64,000 nucleotides of DNA, from contig JBHGNT010000087.1 in assembly GCA_043228905.1 (NCBI GenBank), positions 1 to 64,000 on the forward strand, given 5' to 3'. The position numbers and the translations under genes were made by a program. Position 1 is the first letter of the stretch. Every line of letters begins with the position of its first letter. The notes under the pieces were generated by a model. It did not search any database, had not been told where the DNA came from, and worked only from the letters and a program-made list of their open reading frames with translations. Positions 14,079 through 27,091 of this stretch are shown piece by piece. The DNA is from Azolla caroliniana (lineage: Eukaryota > Plantae > Polypodiophyta).

Positions 14079-16460
14079 CATGTCCCTCGACCTGGGTTTC
14101 AAAATCTTGATTTTTTAATTCCATATCATAGCTAGCGTTGTTAGCTTCGAATCGCATGTTTGCACACAAAAATCTGATATCACACGACCCAAGTATGAAC
14201 ATTTTAATTTACCTACTAGCTCTTCTCAACTCACTCCTCAAATTTGGTAATTTCGTCATGTCTCTCGACCTGAGTTTCAAAATCTTGATTTTTTAATTCC
14301 ATATCGTATCTAGCATTGTTAGCTTCGTATGACCTGTTTGAACACAAAAATCCGATATCACACGAGCCAGGTATGACCAAGTATGAACATTTTAATTTAC
14401 CTACTAGCTCTTCTCAACTCACTCCTCAAATTTGGTAATTTCGTCATGTCTCTCGACCTGAGTTTCAAAATCTTGATTTTTTAATTCCATATCGTATCTA
14501 GCATTGTTACCTTCGTTTCGCATGTTTGAACACAAAAATCCGATATCACACGAGCCAGGTATGAACATTTTAATTTACCTACTAGCTCTTCTCAACTCAC
14601 TCCTCAAATTTGGTAATTTCGTCATGTCCCTCGACCTGGGTTTCAAAATCTTGATTTTTTAATTCCATATCATAGCTAGCGTTGTTAGCTTCGAATCGCA
14701 TGTTTGCACACAAAAATCTGATATCACACGACCCAAGTATGAACATTTTAATTTACCTACTAGCTCTTCTCAACTCACTCCTCAAATTTGGTAATTTCGT
14801 CATGTCTCTCGACCTGAGTTTCAAAATCTTGATTTTTTAATTCCATATCATAGCTAGCGTTGTTAGCTTCGAATCGCATGTTTGAACACAAAAATCCGAT
14901 ATCACACGAGCCAGGTATGAACATTTTCATTTACTCAAGGGCTCCTCTCAACTCACTACTCAAATTTGGTAATTTCGTCATGTCTCTCGACCTGAGTTTC
15001 AAAATCTTGATTTTTTAATTCCATATCGTAGCTAGCGTTGTTAGCTTCGTTTCGCATGTTTGAACACAAAAATCCGATATCACACGAGCTAGGTATGAAC
15101 ATTTTCATTTACCTACTAGCTCTTCTCAACTCACTCCTCAAATTTGGTAATTTCGTCATGTCTCTCGACCTGAGTTTCAAAATCTTGATTTTTTAATTCC
15201 ATATCATAGCTAGCGTTGTTAGCTTCGAATCGCATGTTTGAACACAAAAATCCGATATCACACGAACCAATAATGAACATTTTAATTTACCTACTAGCTC
15301 TTCTCAACTCACTCCTCAAATTTGGTAATTTCGTCATGTCTCTCGACCTGAGTTTCAAAATCTTGATTTTTTAATTCCATATCATAGCTAGCGTTGTTAG
15401 CTTCGAATCGCATGTTTGAACACAAAAATCTGATATCACACGAGCCAGGTAGGAACATTTTCATTTACTCAAGGGCTCCCCTCAACTCACTACTCAAATT
15501 TGCTAATTTCGTCATGTCTCTCGACCTGAGTTTCAAAATCTTGAGTTTTTTAATTCTATCTCATAGCTAGCGTTGTTAGCTTCGTTTCGCATGTTTGAAC
15601 ACAAAAATCCGATATCACACGAGCCAGGTATGAACATTTTAATTTACCTACTAGCTCTTCTCAACTCACTCCTCAAATTTGGTAATTTCGTCATGTCCCT
15701 CGACCTGGGTTTCAAAATCTTGATTTTTTAATTCCATATCATAGCTAGCGTTGTTAGCTTCGAATCGCATGTTTGCACACAAAAATCTGATATCACACGA
15801 CCCAAGTATGAACATTTTAATTTACCTACTAGCTCTTCTCAACTCACTCCTCAAATTTGGTAATTTCGTCATGTCTCTCGACCTGAGTTTCAGAATCTTG
15901 ATTTTTTAATTCCATATCGTATCTAGCATTGTTAGCTTCGTATGACCTGTTTGAACTTAAAAATCCGATATCAAACGAGCCAGGTATGACCAAGTATGAA
16001 CATTTTAATTTACCTACTAGCTCTTCTCAACTCACTCCTCAAATTTGGTAATTTCGTCATGTCTCTCGACCTGAGTTTCAAAATCTTGATTTTTTAATTC
16101 CATATCGTATCTAGCATTGTTACCTTCGTTTCGCATGTTTGAACACAAAAATCCGATATCACACGAGCCAGGTATGAACATTTTAATTTACCTACTAGCT
16201 CTTCTCAACTCACTCCTCAAATTTGGTAATTTCGTCATGTCCCTCGACCTGGGTTTGAAAATCTTGATTTTTTAATTCCATATCATAGCTAGCGTTGTTA
16301 GCTTCGAATCGCATGTTTGCACACAAAAATCTGATATCACACGACCCAAGTATGAACATTTTAATTTACCTACTAGCTCTTCTCAACTCACTCCTCAAAT
16401 TTGGTAATTTCGTCATGTCTCTCGACCTGAGTTTCAAAATCTTGATTTTTTAATTCCATA
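14079..16460 (+). repeat. Block of ~4 monomers duplicated at a 1613-bp (9-monomer) offset
   Basis: Three markers share the 1613 offset: GTCCCTC monomers at 14079/14623 and 15692/16236, the private variant CGTATGACCTG at 14327 and 15940, and the 10-bp insertion at 14375 and 15988. Confidence 0.85.
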
Positions 16461-18559
16461 TCGTATCTAGCATTGTTAGCTTCGTTTCGCATGTTTGAAT
16501 ACAAAAATCCGATATCACACGAGCTAGGTATGACCATTTTCATTTACCTACTAGCTCTTCTCAACTCACTCCTCAAATTTGCTAATTTCGTCATGTCTCT
16601 CGACCTGAGTTTCAAAATCTTGATTTTTTAATTCTATATCATAGCTAGCGTTGTTAGCTTCGAATCGCATGTTTGAACACAAAAATCCGATATCACACGA
16701 GCCAGGTATGAACATTTTCATTTACTCAAGGGCTCCTCTCAACTCACTACTCAAATTTGGTATTTTCGTCATGTCTCTCGACCTGAGTTTCAAAATCTTG
16801 ATCTTTTAATTTCATATCATAGCTAGCGATGTTAGCTTCGTTTCGCATGTTTGAACACAGAAATCCGATATCACACGAGCCAGGTATGAACAGTTTCATT
16901 TACTCAAGGGCTCTTCTCAACTCACTCCTCAAATTTGCTAATTTCGTCATGTCTCTCGACCTGAGTTTCAAAATCTTGATTTTTTAATTTCATATCATAG
17001 CTAGCGATGTTAGCTTCGTTTCGCATGTTTGAACACAAAAATCCGATATCACACGAGCCAGGTATGAACATTTTAATTTACCTACTAGCTCTTCTCAACT
17101 CACTCCTCAAATTTGGTAATTTCGTCATGTCTCTCGACCTGAGTTTCAAAATCTTGATTTTTTAATTCCATATCATAGCTAGCGTTGTTAGCTTCGAATC
17201 GCATGTTTGAACACAAAAATCCGATATCACACGAGCCAGGTATGAACATTTTCATTTACTCAAGGGCTCCCCTCAACTCACTCCTCAAATTTGCTAATTT
17301 CGTCATGTCTCTCAACCTGAGTTTCAAAATCTTGATTTTTTAATTCTATCTCATAGCTAGCGTTGTTAGCTTCGTTTCGCAGGTTTGAACACAAAAATCC
17401 GATATCACACGAGCTAGGTATGAACATTTTCATTTACCTACTAGCTCTTCTCAACTCACTCCTCAAATTTGGTAATTTCGTCATGTCTCTCGACCTGAGT
17501 TTCAAAATCTTGATTTTTTAATTCCATATCATAGCTAGCGTTGTTAGCTTCGAATCGCATGTTTGAACACAAAAATCCGATATCACACGAGCCAGGTATG
17601 AACATTTTCATTTACTCAAGGGCTCCTCTCAACTCACTCCTCAAATTTGCTAATTTCGTCATGTCTCTCGACCTGAGTTTCAAAATCTTGACTTTTTAAG
17701 TTCATATCATAGCTAGCGATGTTAGCTTCGTTTCGCATGTTTGAACACAAAAATCCGATATCACACGAGCCAGGTATGAACATTTTAATTTACCTACTAG
17801 CTCTTCTCAACTCACTCCTCAAATTTGGTAATTTTGTCATGTCTCTCGACCTGAGTTTCAAAATCTTGATTTTTTAATTCCATATCGTATCTAGCATTGT
17901 TACCTTCGTTTCGCATGTTTGAACACAAAAATCCGATATCACACGAGCCAGGTATGACCAAGTATGAACATTTTAATTTACCTACTAGCTCTTCTCAACT
18001 CACTCCTCAAATTTGGTAATTTCGTCATGTCTCTCGACCTGAGTTTCAAAATCTTGATTTTTTAATTCCATATCGTATCTAGCATTGTTACCTTCGTTTC
18101 GCATGTTTGAACACAAAAATCCGATATCACACGAGCCAGGTATGAACATTTTAATTTACCTACTAGCTCTTCTCAACTCACTCCTCAAATTTGGTAATTT
18201 CGTCATGTCCCTCGACCTGGGTTTCAAAATCTTGATTTTTTAATTCCATATCATAGCTAGCGTTGTTAGCTTCGAATCGCATGTTTGCACACAAAAATCT
18301 GATATCACACGACCCAAGTATGAACATTTTAATTTACCTACTAGCTCTTCTCAACTCACTCCTCAAATTTGGTAATTTCGTCATGTCTCTCGACCTGAGT
18401 TTCAAAATCTTGATTTTTTAATTCCATATCGTATCTAGCATTGTTAGCTTCGTTTCGCATGTTTGAACACAAAAATCCGATATCACACGAGCTAGGTATG
18501 AACATTTTCATTTACCTACTAGCTCTTCTCAACTCACTCCTCAAATTTGGTAATTTCGT

Positions 18560-21500
18560 CATGTCTCTCGACCTGAGTTTCAAAATCTTGATTTTTTAAT
18601 TCCATATCATAGCTAGCGTTGTTAGCTTCGAATCGCATGTTTGAACACAAAAATCCGATATCACACGAGCCAGGTATGAACATTTTCATTTACTCAAGGG
18701 CTCCTCTCAACTCACTCCTCAAATTTGCTAATTTCGTCATGTCTCTCGACCTGAGTTTCAAAATCTTGACTTTTTAATTTCATATCATAGCTAGCGATGT
18801 TAGCTTCGTTTCGCATGTTTGAACACAAAAATCCGATATCACACGAGCCAGGTATGAACATTTTAATTTACCTACTAGCTCTTCTCAACTCACTCCTCAA
18901 ATTTGGTAATTTCGTCATGTCTCTCGACCTGAGTTTCAAAATCTTGATTTTTTAATTCTATCTCATAGCTAGCGTTGTTAGCTTCGTTTCGCAGGTTTGA
19001 ACACAAAAATCCGATATCACACGAGCTAGGTATGAACATTTTCATTTACCTACTAGCTCTTCTCAACTCACTCCTCAAATTTGGTAATTTCGTCATGTCT
19101 CTCGACCTGAGTTTCAAAATCTTGATTTTTTAATTCCATATCATAGCTAGCGTTGTTAGCTTCGAATCGCATGTTTGAACACAAAAATCCGATATCACAC
19201 GAGCCAGGTATGAACATTTTCATTTACTCAAGGGCTCCTCTCAACTCACTACTCAAATTTGGTAATTTCGTCATGTCTCTCGACCTGAGTTTCAAAATCT
19301 TGATTTTTTAATTCCATATCGTATCTAGCATTGTTAGCTTCGTTTCGCATGTTTGAAAACAAAAATCCGATATCACACGAGCTAGGTATGAACATTTTCA
19401 TTTACCTACTAGCTCTTCTCAACTCACTCCTCAAATTTGGTAATTTCGTCATGTCTCTCGACCTGAGTTTCAAAATCTTGATTTTTTAATTCCATATCGT
19501 ATCTAGCATTGTTACCTTCGTTTCGCATGTTTGAACACAAAAATCCGATATCACACGAGCCAGGTATGAACATTTTAATTTACCTACTAGCTCTTCTCAA
19601 CACACTCCATATCATAGCTAGCGATGTTAGCTTCGTTTCGCATGTTTAATCGCAAAAATCTGATATCACACGACCCAAGTATGAACATTTTAATTTACCT
19701 ACTAGCTCTTCTCCACTCACTCCTCAAATTTGGTAATTTCGTCATGTCTCTCGACCTGAGTTTCAAAATCTTGATTTTCTAATTCCATATCGTATCTAGC
19801 ATTGTTAGCTTCGTTTCGCATGTTTGAACACAAAAATCCGATATCACACGAGCCAGGTATGAACATTTTCATTTACTCAAGGGCTCCCCTCAACTCACTC
19901 CTCAAATTTGGTAATTTCGTCATGTCTCTCGACCTGAGTTTCAAAATCTTCATTTTTTAATTCCATATCATAGCTAGCGTTGTTAGCTTCGAATCGCATG
20001 TTTGAACACAAAAATCCGATATCACACGAGCCAGGTATGAACATTTTCATTTACTCAAGGGCTCCTCTCAACTCACTCCTCAAATTTGCTAATTTCGTCA
20101 TGTCTCTCGACCTGAGTTTCAAAATCTTGACTTTTTAATTTCATATCATAGCTAGCGATGTTAGCTTCGTTTCGCATGTTTGAACACAAAAATCCGATAT
20201 CACACGAGCCAGGTATGAACATTTTCATTTACTCAAGGGCTCCTCTCAACTCACTACTCAAATTTGGTAATTTCGTCATGTCTCTCGACCTGAGTTTCAA
20301 AATCTTGATTTTTTAATTCTATCTCATAGCTAGCGTTGTTAGCTTCGTTTCGCAGGTTTGAACACAAAAATCCGATATCACACGAGCTAGGTATGAACAT
20401 TTTCATTTACCTACTAGCTCTTCTCAACTCACTCCTCAAATTTGGTAATTTCGTCATGTCTCTCGACCTGAGTTTCAAAATCTTGATTTTTTAATTCCAT
20501 ATCATAGCTAGCGTTGTTAGCTTCGAATCGCATGTTTGAACACAAAAATCCGATATCACACGAGCCAGGTATGAACATTTTCATTTACTCAAGGGCTCCT
20601 CTCAACTCACTACTCAAATTTGGTAATTTCGTCATGTCTCTCGACCTGAGTTTCAAAATCTTGATTTTTTAATTCCATATCGTATCTAGCATTGTTAGCT
20701 TCGTTTCGCATGTTTGAAAACAAAAATCCGATATCACACGAGCTAGGTATGAACATTTTCATTTACCTACTAGCTCTTCTCAACTCACTCCTCAAATTTG
20801 GTAATTTCGTCATGTCTCTCGACCTGAGTTTCAAAATCTTGATTTTTTAATTCCATATCGTATCTAGCATTGTTACCTTCGTTTCGCATGTTTGAACACA
20901 AAAATCCGATATCACACGAGCCAGGTATGAACATTTTAATTTACCTACTAGCTCTTCTCAACACACTCCATATCATAGCTAGCGATGTTAGCTTCGTTTC
21001 GCATGTTTAATCGCAAAAATCTGATATCACACGACCCAAGTATGAACATTTTAATTTACCTACTAGCTCTTCTCCACTCACTCCTCAAATTTGGTAATTT
21101 CGTCATGTCTCTCGACCTGAGTTTCAAAATCTTGATTTTCTAATTCCATATCGTATCTAGCATTGTTAGCTTCGTTTCGCATGTTTGAACACAAAAATCC
21201 GATATCACACGAGCCAGGTATGAACATTTTCATTTACCTACTAGCTCTTCTCAACTCACTCCTCAAATTTGGTAATTTCGTCATGTCTCTCGACCTGAGT
21301 TTCAAAATCTTCATTTTTTAATTCCATATCATAGCTAGCGTTGTTAGCTTCGAATCGCATGTTTGAACACAAAAATCCGATATCACACGAGCCAGGTATG
21401 AACATTTTCATTTACTCAAGGGCTCCTCTCAACTCACTCCTCAAATTTGCTAATTTCGTCATGTCTCTCGACCTGAGTTTCAAAATCTTGACTTTTTAAT

Positions 21501-24500
21501 TTCATATCATAGCTAGCGATGTTAGCTTCGTTTCGCATGTTTGAACACAAAAATCCGATATCACACGAGCCAGGTATGAACATTTTAATTTACCTACTAG
21601 CTCTTCTCAACTCACTCCTCAAATTTGGTAATTTCGTCATGTCTCTCGACCTGAGTTTCAAAATCTTGATTTTTTAATTCTATCTCATAGCTAGCGTTGT
21701 TAGCTTCGTTTCGCAGGTTTGAACACAAAAATCCGATATCACACGAGCTAGGTATGAACATTTTCATTTACCTACTAGCTCTTCTCAACTCACTCCTCAA
21801 ATTTGGTAATTTCGTCATGTCTCTCGACCTGAGTTTCAAAATCTTGATTTTTTAATTCCATATCATAGCTAGCGTTGTTAGCTTCGAATCGCATGTTTGA
21901 ACACAAAAATCCGATATCACACGAGCCAGGTATGAACATTTTCATTTACTCAAGGGCTCCTCTCAACTCACTACTCAAATTTGGTAATTTCGTCATGTCT
22001 CTCGACCTGAGTTTCAAAATCTTGATTTTTTAATTCCATATCGTATCTAGCATTGTTAGCTTCGTTTCGCATGTTTGAAAACAAAAATCCGATATCACAC
22101 GAGCTAGGTATGAACATTTTCATTTACCTACTAGCTCTTCTCAACTCACTCCTCAAATTTGGTAATTTCGTCATGTCTCTCGACCTGAGTTTCAAAATCT
22201 TGATTTTTTAATTCCATATCGTATCTAGCATTGTTACCTTCGTTTCGCATGTTTGAACACAAAAATCCGATATCACACGAGCCAGGTATGAACATTTTAA
22301 TTTACCTACTAGCTCTTCTCAACACACTCCATATCATAGCTAGCGATGTTAGGTTCGTTTCGCATGTTTAATCGCAAAAATCTGATATCACACGACCCAA
22401 GTATGAACATTTTAATTTACCTACTAGCTCTTCTCCACTCACTCCTCAAATTTGGTAATTTCGTCATGTCTCTCGACCTGAGTTTCAAAATCTTGATTTT
22501 CTAATTCCATATCGTATCTAGCATTGTTAGCTTCGTTTCGCATGTTTGAACACAAAAATCCGATATCACACGAGCTAGGTATGAACATTTTCATTTACCT
22601 ACTAGCTCTTCTCAACTCACTCCTCAAATTTGGTAATTTCGTCATGTCTCTCGACCTGAGTTTCAAAATCTTGATTTTTTAATTCCATATCATAGCTAGC
22701 GTTGTTAGCTTCGAATCGCATGTTTGAACACAAAAATCCGATATCACACGAGCCAGGTATGAACATTTTCATTTACTCAAGGGCTCCTCTCAACTCACTC
22801 CTCAAATTTGGTAATTTCGTCATGTCTCTCGACCTGAGTTTCAAAATCTTGACTTTTTAATTTCATATCATAGCTAGCGATGTTAGCTTCGTTTCGCATG
22901 TTTGAACACAAAAATCCGATATCACACGAGCCAGGTATGAACATTTTAATTTACCTACTAGCTCTTCTCAACTCACTCCTCAAATTTGGTAATTTCGTCA
23001 TGTCTCTCGACCTGAGTTTCAAAATCTTGATTTTTTAATTCTATCTCATAGCTAGCGTTGTTAGCTTCGTTTCGCAGGTTTGAACACAAAAATCCGATAT
23101 CACACGAGCTAGGTATGAACATTTTCATTTACCTACTAGCTCTTCTCAACTCACTCCTCAAATTTGGTAATTTCGTCATGTCTCTCGACCTGAGTTTCAA
23201 AATCTTGATTTTTTAATTCCATATCATAGCTAGCGTTGTTAGCTTCGAATCGCATGTTTGAACACAAAAATCCGATATCACACGAGCCAGGTATGAACAT
23301 TTTCATTTACTCAAGGGCTCCTCTCAACTCACTACTCAAATTTGGTAATTTCGTCATGTCTCTCGACCTGAGTTTCAAAATCTTGATTTTTTAATTCCAT
23401 ATCGTATCTAGCATTGTTAGCTTCGTTTCGCATGTTTTAAAACAAAAATCCGATATCACACGAGCTAGGTATGAACATTTTCATTTACCTACTAGCTCTT
23501 CTCAACTCACTCCTCAAATTTGGTAATTTCGTCATGTCTCTCGACCTGAGTTTCAAAATCTTGATTTTTTAATTCCATATCGTATCTAGCATTGTTACCT
23601 TCGTTTCGCATGTTTGAACACAAAAATCCGATATCACACGAGCCAGGTATGAACATTTTAATTTACCTACTAGCTCTTCTCAACACACTCCATATCATAG
23701 CTAGCGATGTTAGGTTCGTTTCGCATGTTTAATCGCAAAAATCTGATATCACACGACCCAAGTATGAACATTTTAATTTACCTACTAGCTCTTCTCCACT
23801 CACTCCTCAAATTTGGTAATTTCGTCATGTCTCTCGACCTGAGTTTCAAAATCTTGATTTTCTAATTCCATATCGTATCTAGCATTGTTAGCTTCGTTTC
23901 GCATGTTTGAACACAAAAATCCGATATCACACGAGCTAGGTATGAACATTTTCATTTACCTACTAGCTCTTCTCAACTCACTCCTCAAATTTGGTAATTT
24001 CGTCATGTCTCTCGACCTGAGTTTCAAAATCTTGATTTTTTAATTCCATATCATAGCTAGCGTTGTTAGCTTCGAATCGCATGTTTGAACACAAAAATCC
24101 GATATCACACGAGCCAGGTATGAACATTTTCATTTACTCAAGGGCTCCTCTCAACTCACTCCTCAAATTTGGTAATTTCGTCATGTCTCTCGACCTGAGT
24201 TTCAAAATCTTGACTTTTTAATTTCATATCATAGCTAGCGATGTTAGCTTCGTTTCGCATGTTTGAACACAAAAATCCGATATCACACGACCCAAGTATG
24301 AACATTTTAATTTACCTACTAGCTCTTCTCAACTCACTCCTCAAATTTGGTAATTTCGTCATGTCTCTCGACCTGAGTTTCAAAATCTTGATTTTTTAAT
24401 TCCATATCGTATCTAGCATTGTTAGCTTCGTTTCGCATGTTTGAACACAAAAATCCGATATCACACGAGCTAGGTATGAACATTTTCATTTACCTACTAG

Positions 24501-25070
24501 CTCTTCTCAACTCACTCCTCAAATTTGGTAATTTCGTCATGTCTCTCGACCTGAGTTTCAAAATCTTGATTTTTTAATTCCATATCATAGCTAGCGTTGT
24601 TAGCTTCGAATCGCATGTTTGAACACAGAAATCCGATATCACACGAGCCAGGTATGAACATTTTCATTTACTCAAGGGCTCCTCTCAACTCACTACTCAA
24701 ATTTGGTAATTTCGTCATGTCTCTCGACCTGAGTTTCAAAATCTTGATTTTTTAATTCCATATCGTATCTAGCATTGTTAGCTTCGTTTCGCATGTTTGA
24801 AAACAAAAATCCGATATCACACGAGCTAGGTATGAACATTTTCATTTACCTACTAGCTCTTCTCAACTCACTCCTCAAATTTGGTAATTTCGTCATGTCT
24901 CTCGACCTGAGTTTCAAAATCTTGATTTTTTAATTCCATATCGTATCTAGCATTGTTACCTTCGTTCCGCATGTTTGAACACAAAAATCCGATATCACAC
25001 GAGCCAGGTATGAACATTTTAATTTACCTACTAGCTCTTCTCAACACACTCCATATCATAGCTAGCGTTG
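18560..25070 (+). repeat. 8-monomer higher-order repeat, 1361-bp period, carrying a 63-bp deletion
   Basis: The deletion junction CAACACACTCCATATC (position of CACACTCC) lies at 19601, 20962, 22323, 23684 and 25045. The spacing is exactly 1361 = 8x178-63. Monomer order is largely conserved between units. Confidence 0.95.
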
Positions 25071-27091
25071 TTAGCTTCGAATCGCATGTTTGAACACAAA
25101 AATCTGATATCACACGACCCAAGTATGAACATTTTAATTTACCTACTAGCTCTTCTCAACTCACTCCTCAAATTTGGTAATTTCGTCATGTCTCTCGACC
25201 TGAGTTTCAAAATCTTGATTTTTTAATTCCATATCGTATCTAGCATTGTTAGCTTCGTTTCGCATGTTTGAACACAAAAATTCGATATCACACGAGCTAG
25301 GTATGAACATTTTCATTTACCTACTAGCTCTTCTCAACTCACTCCTCAAATTTGGTAATTTCGTCATGTCTCTCGACCTGAGTTTCAAAATCTTGATTTT
25401 TTAATGCCATATCATAGCTAGCGTTGTTAGCTTCGAATCGCATGTTTGAACACAAAAATCCGATATCACACGAGCCAGGTATGAACATTTTCATTTACTC
25501 AAGGGCTCCTCTCAACTCACTCCTCAAATTTGCTAATTTCATCATGTCTCTCGACCTGAGTTTCAAAATCTTGACTTTTTAATTTCATATCATAGCTAGC
25601 GATGTTAGCTTCGTTTCGCATGTTTGAACACAAAAATCCGATATCACACGAGCCAGGTATGAACATTTTAATTTACCTACTAGCTCTTCTCAACTCACTC
25701 CTCAAATTTGGTAATTTCGTCATGTCTCTCGACCTGAGTTTCAAAATCTTGATTTTTTAATTCCATATCATAGCTAGCGTTGTTAGCTTCGAATCGCATG
25801 TTTGAACACAAAAATCCGATATCACACGAGCCAGGTATGAACATTTTCATTTACTCAAGGGCTCCCCTCAACTCACTCCTCAAATTTGCTAATTTCGTCA
25901 TGTCTCTCGACCTGAGTTTCAAAATCTTGATTTTTTAATTCCATATCATAGCTAGCGTTGTTAGCTTCGAATCGCATGTTTGAACACAAAAATCCGATAT
26001 CACACGAGCCAGGTATGACCAAGTATGACCATTTTAATTTACCTACTACCTCTTCTCAACTCACTCCTCAAATTTGGTAATTTCGTCATGTCTCTCGACC
26101 TGAGTTTCAAAATCTTGATTTTTTAATTCCATATCGTATCTAGCATTGTTACCTTCGTTTCGCATGTTTGAACACAAAAATCCGATATCACATGAGCCAG
26201 GTATGAACATTTTAATTTACCTACTAGCTCTTCTCAACTCACTCCTCAAATTTGGTAATTTCGTCATGTCTCTCGACCTGAGTTTCAAAATCTTGATTTT
26301 TTAATTCCATATCGTATCTAGCATTGTTAGCTTCGTTTCGCATGTTTGAAAACAAAAATCCGATATCACACGAGCTAGGTATGAACATTTTCATTTACCT
26401 ACTAGCTCTTCTCAACTCACTCCTCAAATTTGGTAATTTCGTCATGTCTCTCGACCTGAGTTTCAAAATCTTGATTTTTTAATTCCATATCGTATCTAGC
26501 ATTGTTACCTTCGTTTCGCATGTTTGAACACAAAAATCCGATATCACACGAGCTAGGTATGAACATTTTCATTTACCTACTAGCTCTTCTTAACTCACTC
26601 CTCAAATTTGGTAATTTCGTCATGTCTCTCGACCTGAGTTTTAAAATCTTGATTTTTTAATTCCATATCGTATCTAGCATTGTTACCTTCGTTTCGCATG
26701 TTTGAACACAAAAATCCGATATCACACGAGCCAGGTATGAACATTTTAATTTACCTACTAGCTCTTCTCAACACACTCCATATCATAGCTAGCGTTGTTA
26801 GCTTCGAATCGCATGTTTGAACACAAAAATCCGATATCACACGAGCCAGGTATGAACATTTTCATTTACTCAAGGGCTCCTCTCAACTCACTCCTCAAAT
26901 TTGCTAATTTCATCATGTCTCTCGACCTGAGTTTCAAAATCTTGACTTTTTAATTTCATATCATAGCTAGCGATGTTAGCTTCGTTTCGCATGTTTGAAC
27001 ACAAAAATCCGATATCACACGAGCCAGGTATGAACATTTTAATTTACCTACTAGCTCTTCTCAACTCACTCCTCAAATTTGCTAATTTCGT

